Shown: piece after piece, positions 20,924 through 30,734 of the stretch
How positions within the stretch are numbered: position 1 is the first letter of the stretch
Layout: each line of letters starts with the position of its first letter
Assembly (NCBI GenBank): GCA_963805085.1
Contig: CAWDTA010000004.1
Span: forward strand, 256,001-320,000
Source: an uncultured Veillonellaceae bacterium
Lineage (GTDB): Bacteria; Bacillota; Negativicutes; JARBTT01
Direction: 5' to 3'
DNA: 64,000 bases
Notes under the pieces: model-generated
The model's database searches: none
What the model saw: only the letters and a program-made list of their open reading frames with translations
What the model was told of the DNA's origin: nothing
Made by a program: the position numbers and the translations under genes

Positions 20924-21663
20924 TCCTCTTTAATAAAATTTCGTAGCTGTAAACTCAACTCAAAAAATTCTCGTTTATTGCGAATATCGACTACACCAAA
21001 CAGTGGATTATCAATAATCTTACTGATTCTCCCCGGCTCTGTAGATAAAATAACAATTTTCTGACCTAAGTAAACCGCTTCCTCTACATAGTGGGTCACT
21101 AAAACGGTAGAAACTGCATTATTTTTCCAGACCTCTAAAAATAAATCTTGAATTTCTTCCCTTGTAATCGCATCCAAAGCGGAAAATGGTTCGTCCATAA
21201 GTAGTAAATCTGGCTTGAGCAAAAATGCGCGCGCTAAACTCACACGTTGTTGCTGACCACCACTCAGTTCGCCTGGATAGCGCTGCCCTAAGCCATCAAT
21301 TCCCAGTTGTTTCATAATAAAATCAACAGGATTCTTATCTATTTTTTCTTGTTTATTTTTTATCTTTAGCCCTAAACAAATATTTTCGTAAACGTTTTTC
21401 CAAGGTAGTAAGCCATAATTCTGCGGAATAAAACCAATTTTCTGCCGTGTTGGCGAAACTGCCTGACCATCAATTTCTACGGTTCCCGTAAAATTGGTAA
21501 TAATGCCAGCCATGACCTTTAATAAAGTTGATTTTCCCGAACCCGATGGACCAATAATCGCACAGGTTCCCCCCATCGGAATCGATAACTGAATATCTTT
21601 TAGTGCCGTATAAGTTTCCTGAGAAGATTGATATACAACGGATAAATCTTTTATTTCAATCAT
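20908..21663 (-). CDS. ABC ATPase, NitT/TauT family
   Basis: [26 protein letters not shown]. Confidence 0.92.
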   Translation of the reverse strand: MIEIKDLSVVYQSSQETYTALKDIQLSIPMGGTCAIIGPSGSGKSTLLKVMAGIITNFTGTVEIDGQAVSPTRQKIGFIPQNYGLLPWKNVYENICLGLKIKNKQEKIDKNPVDFIMKQLGIDGLGQRYPGELSGGQQQRVSLARAFLLKPDLLLMDEPFSALDAITREEIQDLFLEVWKNNAVSTVLVTHYVEEAVYLGQKIVILSTEPGRISKIIDNPLFGVVDIRNKREFFELSLQLRNFIKEDWSNC

Positions 21664-21669
21664 AGTGCA

Positions 21670-22611
21670 TCACTTAACAAACCGATCTAAGACTAGATCT
21701 TGATATGAATAAATCTTTTTGATTAGGTTTTTCTCTTTTAACCAACTGATGCAATCATTTACATCTTTCTCAGTTGGAATTGCAGCCTTGTTATATTTTG
21801 GTAATACCAAAGAACCTTTGACCGAAGGAGGAAAGCCACCCTTTTCAATCAATAAATCAATATAATTTTCTTGTGGTTCTTTTTCTAAATAAGCAATTGC
21901 CTTATTATATGCCCGATACATGGCTTGCAATTCTTTTTCTTTTTCTGTTGTCGCTTGATTCGTAAACATCATTACGCCAGGATTGATTCCTAATTTATCA
22001 GAGCTATTTATGAGTTTAGCACCATTGCTAATCGCGATACTCGCCATTGGTTCAGGTAAAGTCACCGCCGCAATTTTACCGTTTTGTAACATTTCTAAAC
22101 GAGTTGGAATTTGAGGAATAACCACTTTGTTCAGATCCGTATCACTCATACTCGCTTCGGTTAAAATTTTATCGGTCACATACTCAATAATTGTATTCTT
22201 AGAAATGGCAACATCTTTACCCTTTAAGTCAGCGACACTCATTGCTGACTCATCCTTACCAGCGACCAATTTATAACTGCCACTTGTCAAAGAAGTAATT
22301 TTTACATCAAAACCACCTTCTTTGGCAAATGCCACCGCTAGCATATCTGAAATTGCACCATCTAGATTACCACTCTGCAATGCACTATCCCGATCCATTG
22401 CGCTTTTAAATGACTTTAAGGTAACATTCACTTTTTCTTCTTTAAAATACCCCTTTTCCTGGGCAATAATAAATGGAATCGAATCAACATCTGGCATCAC
22501 ACCAATCGTTAATTCTTGCATTTTTTCTGCTTTTGGTGCGTTTTTTTCCCCGCATCCACTTAACGTAAACAGCATAACTCCCATAAGTATGACTACTAGA
22601 AATTTTTTCAT
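21670..22611 (-). CDS. ABC substrate-binding lipoprotein, NitT/TauT (NMT1-like)
   Basis: LSGC lipobox; AQEKGYF, LPEP motifs. Confidence 0.85.
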   Translation of the reverse strand: MKKFLVVILMGVMLFTLSGCGEKNAPKAEKMQELTIGVMPDVDSIPFIIAQEKGYFKEEKVNVTLKSFKSAMDRDSALQSGNLDGAISDMLAVAFAKEGGFDVKITSLTSGSYKLVAGKDESAMSVADLKGKDVAISKNTIIEYVTDKILTEASMSDTDLNKVVIPQIPTRLEMLQNGKIAAVTLPEPMASIAISNGAKLINSSDKLGINPGVMMFTNQATTEKEKELQAMYRAYNKAIAYLEKEPQENYIDLLIEKGGFPPSVKGSLVLPKYNKAAIPTEKDVNDCISWLKEKNLIKKIYSYQDLVLDRFVK

Positions 22612-22717
22612 ATGATGTATCCTCCGTTTTTCATTAAATTATCTCTAAAAATTTTTCACTCTAATTATTTATCATACACCAAAATTATGCACTTGCCAAT
22701 TCTCCTTGCTATACGAG

Positions 22718-22882
22718 AAACTATAGACAGATAGGCCGCAGGCCGGCGATAAGCACTCATCTGCAGCGTTGAAATAAGGGACTGTTCGTCGACGTACACA
22801 AGTACGACTCCTTCACAGCCCCTTATTTCGCCTTGCATCTAAGCACTTCTCACCAACCGGCGACCTATCTTCGTACTAGTTT
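22718..22882. repeat. GC-rich ~165-bp imperfect palindrome (MITE/REP-like element)
   Basis: Nested arms AAACTA/TAGTTT, AGATAGG/CCTATCT, TGCA/TGCA, GAAATAAGGG/CCCTTATTTC, CTGT/ACAG, CGTAC-ACAA-GTACG. Confidence 0.65.
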
Positions 22883-22937
22883 ACAAGTGGAACGATTTTT
22901 TTATTTTTTCGTTTTTTAATTCATTCGAGCCGCAGGA

Positions 22938-23585
22938 TTACGCGCGTGCATTTATTATTGCTTCGATAAAGGTTGCAGCTGCCTTGCTTACCTTGCCATA
23001 GTCTCCATCTTTTTTATGCGCTTTCGTGATATAACTACCAACGCCAACAGCAACACAACCAGCCGCTAACCACTCACCAACATTCTCCGGCGTTACTCCG
23101 CCAAAAGGCACGATTGGTGCGGTCGGCATCGGAGCCTTTAAGGTTTTTACATATTTCGGTCCATAAAACTCTGCTGGGAATAATTTTATAATGTCAGCTC
23201 CCGCAGCCATGGAATCTGCGATTTCTGTAGGCGACATTGCTCCCGATACCGTAATTGCCTGATAGCGGTTCGCCATACGAATCATATCGACATTAAAACT
23301 CGAACTTACCAGCATTTCCGCTCCAGCCAAAAGCGCTGCACTGGCATTTTCGGCATCTAAAACTGTACCAACACCAATCACAATCCCTTGACTGCTGTAT
23401 TTACTTGTTAATTTTCTAATGATATTAAGCACATCTGGAACTGCAAAAGGAACTTCCAAAGCTCTTGCCCCGCCAGCAATCGCCGCTTCAGCAATCTTAT
23501 AGGCATCTTGTGCATCATCAGACCGAATAATCGCGATCATCCCACATTCATGAATTGCTTTTAAATTTTCTAATTTTTTCCACAC
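22938..23585 (-). CDS. eda: KDPG/KHG aldolase family protein
   Basis: ALEV, GVGTV, IKLFPA (Schiff-base Lys), GGV. Confidence 0.85.
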   Translation of the reverse strand: MWKKLENLKAIHECGMIAIIRSDDAQDAYKIAEAAIAGGARALEVPFAVPDVLNIIRKLTSKYSSQGIVIGVGTVLDAENASAALLAGAEMLVSSSFNVDMIRMANRYQAITVSGAMSPTEIADSMAAGADIIKLFPAEFYGPKYVKTLKAPMPTAPIVPFGGVTPENVGEWLAAGCVAVGVGSYITKAHKKDGDYGKVSKAAATFIEAIINARA

Positions 23586-23835
23586 GATACATCTCTCCTT
23601 GTAACTTTCATAAAATTTATTGTAACCTTCCCCACTAACCCACGTTTAATCATCCACGAAAAAATGCAGGTAGAAATGTTTAAATCGTTTCCACCTGCAT
23701 TTTGCAGCGATACTGCATGAACTTCTTCTCGCTGTCTAATCTTAACGAATTAAACTACAACTTATTTCAAAAAAACAATCACCGATACAAAATTTTGAAA
23801 AAGAGACACTGCTTACTGCTTATAGAAAGCGCATT

Positions 23836-24714
23836 TTATAGACCGTAATATTCGAGCATTTCTTTTATTTTGGGTATTGCTTCTGCCTTTGGTTCTGTAA
23901 CTGGAAGTCTACAAGGACCAACAGGCATATTGGATAATACCAAAGATTTTTTTAATATTGATGGAACAGTTGCCAATTTTAAAACACTACGCAGCATTTC
24001 GATCTTTTGTTGCGCTGCCTCAGCTTCTTCCACCCGGTTGTTGATAAAGTTCTCATAGATGGCAACATCATTTCTGGTCAAAAGGTTTGCCGTTGCGGCA
24101 ATGGCTCCTTTTGCGCCGACTTTAAGCGCTTTTAAAATCAAAGAATCTGAGCCAGAAAGTACCGCAAACTTTTGATCTTTTGACGCATTGATATAACCTT
24201 CTATATTGTCAATATTACCGCTGCTATCTTTAATACCAATAATATTCTTTACCTTTGCTAATTCAGCAACCGTTTCGATAGCAATGTTAATTCCCGTGTT
24301 TTTAGGAATATTGTATAAAACAATCGGAATCTTTACTGCTGCCGCAACAGCTTTATAATGACAAATCAATTCTTCTTGAGATGGTACTAAGAAATATGGG
24401 GTGATAACCGACAATGCATCAGCACCAAGTGCTTCCATTTGTTTAGATAATTCAATGACTTCTGTTGTGCTATTTCCACCGGTACCAACATAAACTGGAA
24501 CTCTTTTACGAGTTTCATCGATCACACATTTCGCGAATTCTACTTTTTCTTGATTGTTTAACAGATGAAATTCACCGTTTGTCCCAAGAATAAAAATTCC
24601 ATAAACGCCATCCGCAATTAATTTGTTAACCAATTGTTTTGTCGCCTGAAAATCAATTTTCTGATTTTCATCAAAAGGAGTGACCATCGCCACGATAATC
24701 CCTTTTACGTCCAT
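23836..24714 (-). CDS. DapA/NanA-family class I aldolase
   Basis: GTNGE, LYNIP, GIKDSSG; catabolic operon context suggests it is not a true DapA. Confidence 0.85.
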   Translation of the reverse strand: MDVKGIIVAMVTPFDENQKIDFQATKQLVNKLIADGVYGIFILGTNGEFHLLNNQEKVEFAKCVIDETRKRVPVYVGTGGNSTTEVIELSKQMEALGADALSVITPYFLVPSQEELICHYKAVAAAVKIPIVLYNIPKNTGINIAIETVAELAKVKNIIGIKDSSGNIDNIEGYINASKDQKFAVLSGSDSLILKALKVGAKGAIAATANLLTRNDVAIYENFINNRVEEAEAAQQKIEMLRSVLKLATVPSILKKSLVLSNMPVGPCRLPVTEPKAEAIPKIKEMLEYYGL

Positions 24715-24740
24715 TTTAAGCCCTCCCTTTTTAACAAATC

Positions 24741-25367
24741 TCAAGATACGACTTGTTTTAATTCCTCTTTAATCCCTTGACCTAGCGATCCCCCCGGGTG
24801 CCACTTTACATACTGCTCTTTCGTCAAACCTTTTTCTGTTTGCAGTGCAATACTCAAGGCTTGTAAAATTATCATTTCTGCTAATATAGATACACGAGGT
24901 GCTTTATCTAGCACATCGCCTTCCGCATGCACACCAGCAAAAAGAGATACATCACTTATATTTGCTAACCAAGAATCTGCATTACCACTCACGGCAATAA
25001 TCTTTGCACCATTTCTTCTTAACGTTTCTACGGTAGCTTTTAATTCATTTGTTTCACCACTATTTGATATAGCAATCACAACATCGCCTGGTAAAACTTG
25101 ACCGGCTGAGCCATGCACCGCTTCAGTACCATGTAATTCATAAGTCGGTGTTCCTGTAGATGAAAATAGCGATGCAACATATCCAGCAACATGACCCGGT
25201 TTACCAATCCCTGTTACATGAACTCTGTTCTTATTTCTTTCTGCATCTAAAATTAGATCTTTTGCTTCTTCAATACTTTTTAGCTCCAGTTGTTCAACAA
25301 AATTATCAATTTCTGCAATAAAAGTTACAACATAATTTTGCAAAGCTTCTTTATTGCGTAAACTCAT
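24741..25367 (-). CDS. SIS-only sugar-phosphate isomerase, KpsF/GutQ-like (no CBS domains)
   Basis: TGIGKPGH, STGTP, EAVHG, AISNSGET, HPGGSLG. Confidence 0.85.
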   Translation of the reverse strand: MSLRNKEALQNYVVTFIAEIDNFVEQLELKSIEEAKDLILDAERNKNRVHVTGIGKPGHVAGYVASLFSSTGTPTYELHGTEAVHGSAGQVLPGDVVIAISNSGETNELKATVETLRRNGAKIIAVSGNADSWLANISDVSLFAGVHAEGDVLDKAPRVSILAEMIILQALSIALQTEKGLTKEQYVKWHPGGSLGQGIKEELKQVVS

Positions 25368-25440
25368 TATAAATTCTCCTTACCTATTCTTAAATTATTC
25401 TTAGCAGTTTTTTCACTTTATTTTAATGTAACCTGTACTA

Positions 25441-26703
25441 TCATTTGAAAATACTTAACAGGCTATTAACTATCATACCAACAACATTATAGTCGACATT
25501 TGGGAATGTTGATCCAAGTACACCCATTTCGCCATACAATGGATATAATACCACTGGCAAGAAGGCTAATAGTAATCCAACCGTAAAGGAACCTACTACA
25601 GCACCTCTCCAACCACCAAATGCATTTCCAAATACCCCTGCAGTACCGCCAGAGAAGAAGCAGATATGTGCTGCTGGAATAATTACGACTGGGGATTTTA
25701 AAAGAACCATTGTGATAATCCCAAATAAACCTGCTGCATAAGAACAAAGGAAACCGACGATAACAGCCGTTGGTGCGTATGGGAATACGGTTGGTACGTC
25801 TAATGCAGGACGAGATCCAGGAATAAATCTTTCAGAAATCGCAACGAACGCTTCTGTAATTTCTCCTAAGAACATACGTACACCAGTCATTAATACGGAC
25901 ATACCAGCTGTAAACATGAATGCTTGTAAACCAGGGAATACCAACCAATGTGCTGAACCAGCTAATGTTTTAACAAAATCTGGGCCTGATGCCAAAGCTG
26001 AAACATACATTAATAACATCATAACGAATGCACAACCCATTAAGAAATCACGGAAGAAAGACAACCATTTAGGAAAACTGATATCTTCTGTTGTTTTGTC
26101 GCCCCACTTTGAAAAAAACAATTTTCCGATATAACCAGATAATGCATAACCAAGCATGTTAAAATGGCCAATCGCTTGGTCATCACTACCAGTCATTTTA
26201 CGCATGAAAGGTTGGCAAATCTGTGGCAAAAATGCCGAACAGAAGCCTAGGATCGTACCCCCTGTAAAAATTGCTACAGCATCGCTAAATCCGTGAAACT
26301 TTAAAATCAAGCCTAGTACACAAGCAAAAAACAAGCTATGTCCACCTGTGAAGAATACATTTTTAAACGGTGTAATCCGTGCAAAAACGAGGTTCATAAT
26401 AAATCCTAAAATCAAAATAGAAGAGGTTACAAAGCCATACTTACTTTGCGCTAAAGCTGTTGCAGCCTCTGGCGATGTAATTACCCCTGAAATATGGAAC
26501 CCAGCTTGGAACATCTTATTAAAATTCTGTAATGCTCCTGTCATTGTTCCTGCTCCGATACCAAATATCAAAAAGCCGATCGCTGTCTTAGAAGCTCCAG
26601 TAATGATTTCTGTTCCTGATTTCTTCTGTGCCAAAAGTCCAATAAAGGCAACTAAGCCTAACAGGATCGCAGGATTACTCAATAAACTAACTATAAAATC
26701 CAT
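25441..26703 (-). CDS. PTS EIIC, ascorbate (UlaA/SgaT) family
   Basis: ARITPFKNVFFTGGH, AIGH, PALDVP, FFSGGTAGVFGNAFGG.RG. Confidence 0.9.
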   Translation of the reverse strand: MDFIVSLLSNPAILLGLVAFIGLLAQKKSGTEIITGASKTAIGFLIFGIGAGTMTGALQNFNKMFQAGFHISGVITSPEAATALAQSKYGFVTSSILILGFIMNLVFARITPFKNVFFTGGHSLFFACVLGLILKFHGFSDAVAIFTGGTILGFCSAFLPQICQPFMRKMTGSDDQAIGHFNMLGYALSGYIGKLFFSKWGDKTTEDISFPKWLSFFRDFLMGCAFVMMLLMYVSALASGPDFVKTLAGSAHWLVFPGLQAFMFTAGMSVLMTGVRMFLGEITEAFVAISERFIPGSRPALDVPTVFPYAPTAVIVGFLCSYAAGLFGIITMVLLKSPVVIIPAAHICFFSGGTAGVFGNAFGGWRGAVVGSFTVGLLLAFLPVVLYPLYGEMGVLGSTFPNVDYNVVGMIVNSLLSIFK

Positions 26704-26980
26704 GATTTCTGCCTCCAATATATATAATATTTTTGCCAAACCACCACTTTACATGGTGGTTTATCTTATCTTTATAAGTTCTTGATTGCTTGCTACGCCC
26801 CAAAACTCGTATTACAAGTAAGGGACCTTTAGCTTAAAAATTATTCAATAAATTCTGATATTTTTAATTTTGACAAAATACGCATACATTTTCATCTGCC
26901 CACACAATATTTCTTCTATATTTTGGAGTATAAATTGTATGTTACTGGCATTTTTATCTTGTATATGCTAGACTTAATTT

Positions 26981-27054
26981 GTGTATTTTACACGCCTTCT
27001 ATAATGATATTGGTTTGCGACACCAATACCGCTTGATTATAGGAGGTTTTTTTT
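26981..27054 (+). ncRNA. Candidate small RNA antisense to the PTS operon
   Basis: Extended -10 TGcTAGACT (26966-26974); hairpin CCTTCTATAAT..TATTGGT(TTGCGAC)ACCAATA..ATTATAGGAGG followed by T8. Confidence 0.4.
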
Positions 27055-27103
27055 ACCTATTAGCACTATCGTCGCAATGCTTTTGAAAGTTTTGTTTTTT
27101 TTA

Positions 27104-27388
27104 TTAAGCTTCAGCTATGAAAGCGTTTAACTTCGTCAGAATTTCAGTCTTATCCATGATATTGTCAATACCAATGATCTTCTGCGATAATTTTTTTGCT
27201 TCTAATTCTTTTGCAACATCACTCAATGTAATAATTAAAGCGCCATTGTACCCAGCAATCGAATCTAGTGAACCATGTTCAATTTTGATTGGCAGCTTAT
27301 TTTCATTAATTACTTGATTTAATTTGATTTTCAACATCAAACTCGATCCTACACCTGCGCGGCAGGCAACTAATCCTTTAAATTCCAT
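27104..27388 (-). CDS. PTS EIIB, ascorbate/galactitol family
   Basis: ACRAGVGSS phosphorylation loop. Confidence 0.9.
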   Translation of the reverse strand: MEFKGLVACRAGVGSSLMLKIKLNQVINENKLPIKIEHGSLDSIAGYNGALIITLSDVAKELEAKKLSQKIIGIDNIMDKTEILTKLNAFIAEA

Positions 27389-27404
27389 TTTAATCATCCC
27401 TCTT

Positions 27405-27848
27405 TTATAAATTTTTTATATATTGTATTACTTCAGACGCATCTTTAGCTTGATCCAAAAGCTTGTAGAAATCTTCACATTCTAACAGCCCCGTCAAATC
27501 TGATAGAGCATTGATATGACTTTCACTATCCTTGGCACTTAAGCAGAACAAGTATTTGACTGGATCATTTTCTTTATTTCCAAATACAACCGGCTGCTTC
27601 AATGTTGCAATACCGATAGCACTTTCAATTGCCCCAGCCTCAGACCGAGCATGTGGTAAGGCAACGTGCTTCGTAATGACGATATATGGACCAACTTCTT
27701 TCACGGTACTTATAATTGCCTCGATATAGGATGGCTTTATCTTTCCATTTTGCAATAGCGCATCTGCTGCTTGGCGGATTGCATCTTCCCAATCTTTCGC
27801 ATCGATATTTAAGCGAACAAGCGCTTCACTAGTTAAATCCTTTAACAT
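27405..27848 (-). CDS. PTS EIIA (Fru/Mtl/Ntr type)
   Basis: GPYIVI, VALPHAR. Confidence 0.92.
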   Translation of the reverse strand: MLKDLTSEALVRLNIDAKDWEDAIRQAADALLQNGKIKPSYIEAIISTVKEVGPYIVITKHVALPHARSEAGAIESAIGIATLKQPVVFGNKENDPVKYLFCLSAKDSESHINALSDLTGLLECEDFYKLLDQAKDASEVIQYIKNL

Positions 27849-27870
27849 TCTCCCCTAGCCCCTCTTTCTA

Positions 27871-29817
27871 CTACTCTTCAAGTTTTTCTATTAAAACTTC
27901 AAATTTGGCATTTTTAATCAATGTATTTACGCCAAAATCACTAATAAAGTAACGATACAATCTTTCAAAAACAGGCTCCCATACCCGGCATTTGCTTCTC
28001 GGGATACTGAGCAAAAATACAACTTGTACCTTCTCTTTATCCCAAAGAATCGGCTTGTCTAAAACTGCTACAGCAATCGCCGCTTCTTTGCCTTGATTTT
28101 CTAAAGCATGCGGAATCGCAATTAAACTGCCTAATTCCGTTGATGCCATCTCTTCTCTGGCAAATACCGATTTTTTTCCCGCTTGATCAATATATCCTTT
28201 TTTTAACATGAGATCTGTCATTTTCTCTAAAACATCCATTTTAGAATTTGCTTTTAACCCTGCAAAAAACAAATCTTCTCTAAAAAAGTGCTCCTTTGAT
28301 TCTGCTTCATCCCCATGAATAATCATTTCTATTCTGCCTAAATCTTCTTCGGTCAGAATTGGCTCTACCTGAATAATTTTTTCCGAATGAATGCCTCGAA
28401 TCGGCACGGTTGTAAATACAAAATCAACACTTTTTATCGTTTCTTCTGTGATCTCATAAAGCGGGCTTACTTTTAAAATCTGTAGCTGCTTGCCAAACTT
28501 TCTTTGCAGCTTACTTTTTACAAACATTGCAGTTGAAAGACCTGTTCCACAGACAATCAAGGCTGTCAACGCCGTCTTCGTATTGCATTTTCGCCTTTCT
28601 AAGGCCGCTCCGAAATGAATGGCTAAAAACCCCATTTCATTTTCATTGGTTCGCAATTTTTCCTGATTTGTTAACACTTTACTAGAAATAACTGCCATTT
28701 CAAATGCCAACGGATAATTTTTTTTAATCGGAGCTAAAATTTCATTACGAATGTTCATATTAAATTTTAACCGGTTGATGGCTGCTCCTAAATGAATCAT
28801 TAACCCAGAAATCAATTCTTCATCGCCAGATAAATCAATCCCAATATCCATTTGAATTTTTGATAGAATGCTATCAACCAAACTCCGACATTCCTCTTTA
28901 ACCTGAGTGTTTTCTTCATTCCCCATCAACTTCTTGCTAGAGACGAAATGTTGTGTTAAATAATAAACTTCATTCGTGATGTCAACATGCAACTGAGTTA
29001 AGATGATGTCGATAATTTCTTGCGCTACCGAAAAATATATAGATTCTTCTAAAATTATTATTTCTTCTTTACTATATTCAGTCGTATTTTTCCCATCGGC
29101 TCGTTTCAGTGTAATAATCACATGCACCAATAAATTCTTAAAAGCAATATCTGTTAGATGTAGATCATAATTTAAAATAACCTTCAATATGATTTGTTTT
29201 ACTTTTTCAATTTCTTCAAGTGAAAAAAGCTGTTGATAAAATTCATTTTGAGCCAAATCCACCAAATCATTGCTATTAAAAATATATTCTGAAATACAAT
29301 AGCGAATTTGTGCTTCATCGCCTTTAATGCCGATGCCATTCATTCGGTCAGCTGTAATTTCAACACCGAAGCGGTTCAAACTTTTTTTGATGTCTTTCAT
29401 GTATTTTTTCAAGGTCGAAAGACTAATAAAAAGTTCATCCGCCAACTCCGACTCTGTAACGACTTTTTTGTGTAAAGAATTTAGCAGAAGCTCAGCAATA
29501 ATAAAGGAAATTCTATCATTGTGGTCTGAAGGAATAATATGTTTTTTTAACCAATCCTTCCGCCCTTCATTGCTCTGTGCGTCTTTAAATACCCCATAGC
29601 GATTCTCATCATAAATTTTTAGCATATACCCGACACCAGTTTCTGCCTGAAGCTCTGCCCCATGTTCCTGAAGTAAGGCATTACATTCCTTGACGTCATT
29701 ACGAATCGTTCTGGAACTTACCCCAATTAAAGCAGCCATACTAGCACTATCAAGTACTTTTTTTTCACTATCAAACAGTTCCAGTATTTTTAGAATTCTT
29801 TTGCTTTGAATCTCCAA
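27871..29817 (-). CDS. PRD-containing transcription regulator (MtlR/LicR/ManR-like)
   Basis: HTH VSSRTIRND, Mga-like HTH, two PRDs, EIIB (VCGTGLST) and EIIA (IAIPH) domains. Confidence 0.92.
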   Translation of the reverse strand: MEIQSKRILKILELFDSEKKVLDSASMAALIGVSSRTIRNDVKECNALLQEHGAELQAETGVGYMLKIYDENRYGVFKDAQSNEGRKDWLKKHIIPSDHNDRISFIIAELLLNSLHKKVVTESELADELFISLSTLKKYMKDIKKSLNRFGVEITADRMNGIGIKGDEAQIRYCISEYIFNSNDLVDLAQNEFYQQLFSLEEIEKVKQIILKVILNYDLHLTDIAFKNLLVHVIITLKRADGKNTTEYSKEEIIILEESIYFSVAQEIIDIILTQLHVDITNEVYYLTQHFVSSKKLMGNEENTQVKEECRSLVDSILSKIQMDIGIDLSGDEELISGLMIHLGAAINRLKFNMNIRNEILAPIKKNYPLAFEMAVISSKVLTNQEKLRTNENEMGFLAIHFGAALERRKCNTKTALTALIVCGTGLSTAMFVKSKLQRKFGKQLQILKVSPLYEITEETIKSVDFVFTTVPIRGIHSEKIIQVEPILTEEDLGRIEMIIHGDEAESKEHFFREDLFFAGLKANSKMDVLEKMTDLMLKKGYIDQAGKKSVFAREEMASTELGSLIAIPHALENQGKEAAIAVAVLDKPILWDKEKVQVVFLLSIPRSKCRVWEPVFERLYRYFISDFGVNTLIKNAKFEVLIEKLEE

Positions 29818-29881
29818 TACCTTACACCTCGCTTGCTACAATTTCATTATAACCGCCCCTTGCGGCTTCACCTAGACATTT

Positions 29882-29904
29882 AACTTCCACAGCCTGTGGA
29901 AGTT
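29882..29904. promoter_or_regulatory. Perfect palindromic operator, likely bound by the PRD activator
   Basis: AACTTCCACAG-C-CTGTGGAAGTT just upstream of a promoter with TATAAT (29851-29846) and a poor -35. Confidence 0.7.
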
Positions 29905-29978
29905 TCCCCAAAAAACCGCATATTTCCTCAATTTAAGACATTTTACGCATCATAAAATGAAATGTAATAGATAAAAAT

Positions 29979-30051
29979 ATACAGCCATAAAAAGAACTGT
30001 GTATGATTCAAAAAAAAAACCTCACACAGAGGTTTCAATTTATGGCTGTAT
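29979..30051. repeat. 13-bp inverted repeat enclosing an inner stem
   Basis: ATACAGCCATAAA...CTGTGT...ACACAG...TTTATGGCTGTAT. Confidence 0.7.
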
Positions 30052-30187
30052 TACCACAGGATATCATATGTGTGAGAAAATTCAAACATTTATTAATATA
30101 ACAAAGCCTCCTATTATAGTTATCCTACGTACACTAATGTACCCTCACTCACAAATTCCCCATACAAAAAAGCACAACTGGCAGGTA

Positions 30188-30520
30188 TCAGCTGCTAGTT
30201 GTGCCTTCTGGATCGAAATATCTTCGATCGAATCTTAGAAAATCCCGCCTCTTTGGTTTGATTCCCATCTCTAATAGTTCCTTGTCTAATCTTGCATAGG
30301 TAATGTCTCTATACTCTTCAAAAGAAAAACCGTTAATTATTCCGGTGACATAACCAACCAGTGAAAGATCATATATCGCAATTTTCTCTTGTCGTCTGAC
30401 CAGCGCATATTCTTTGCTATTCAAATCTGTAATCAATTCAACTGTAATTTTAGCATTCTCTAGTTCCGTAGCCGGAGCAGCTATAATTGTGTCTTTCGTT
30501 GTTCTGTAGGTTCTATACAT
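30188..30520 (-). CDS. Hypothetical protein (110 aa)
   Basis: RBS GAGGT before ATG 30520; overlaps a terminator at ~30166-30205. Confidence 0.6.
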   Translation of the reverse strand: MYRTYRTTKDTIIAAPATELENAKITVELITDLNSKEYALVRRQEKIAIYDLSLVGYVTGIINGFSFEEYRDITYARLDKELLEMGIKPKRRDFLRFDRRYFDPEGTTSS

Positions 30521-30668
30521 TAATGAAACCTCTATTTCCCAAGAAAACAAATCTTGTCCCTTGTAAATAGAACGAACCTCTCCCCTTGGTCGTGGCGAAG
30601 ATGGCTCCCCGCCACATGCTCATGCGCTGCCTTGACCACAACTTTTTACTAGCTTGTACTGTTACCAA
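30513..30668 (-). CDS. Small basic hypothetical peptide (51 aa)
   Basis: Strong RBS GAAGGGGG 7 nt before TTG; the stop overlaps the next ATG (ATGTATAG), suggesting translational coupling. Confidence 0.45.
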   Translation of the reverse strand: MVTVQASKKLWSRQRMSMWRGAIFATTKGRGSFYLQGTRFVFLGNRGFINV

Positions 30669-30696
30669 TTTATATCCCCCTTCATCATTCTGCATG

Positions 30697-30734
30697 TGGT
30701 TTCTTCTATCTGCTGATGCAGATAGAAGAAACCA
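30697..30734. repeat. Perfect 17-bp hairpin
   Basis: TGGTTTCTTCTATCTGC-TGAT-GCAGATAGAAGAAACCA. Confidence 0.85.

Noticed and set aside
23836-24714. Housekeeping dapA
   Set aside because: GTNGE instead of GTTGE, and embedded in a PTS catabolic operon with no lysine-pathway genes.
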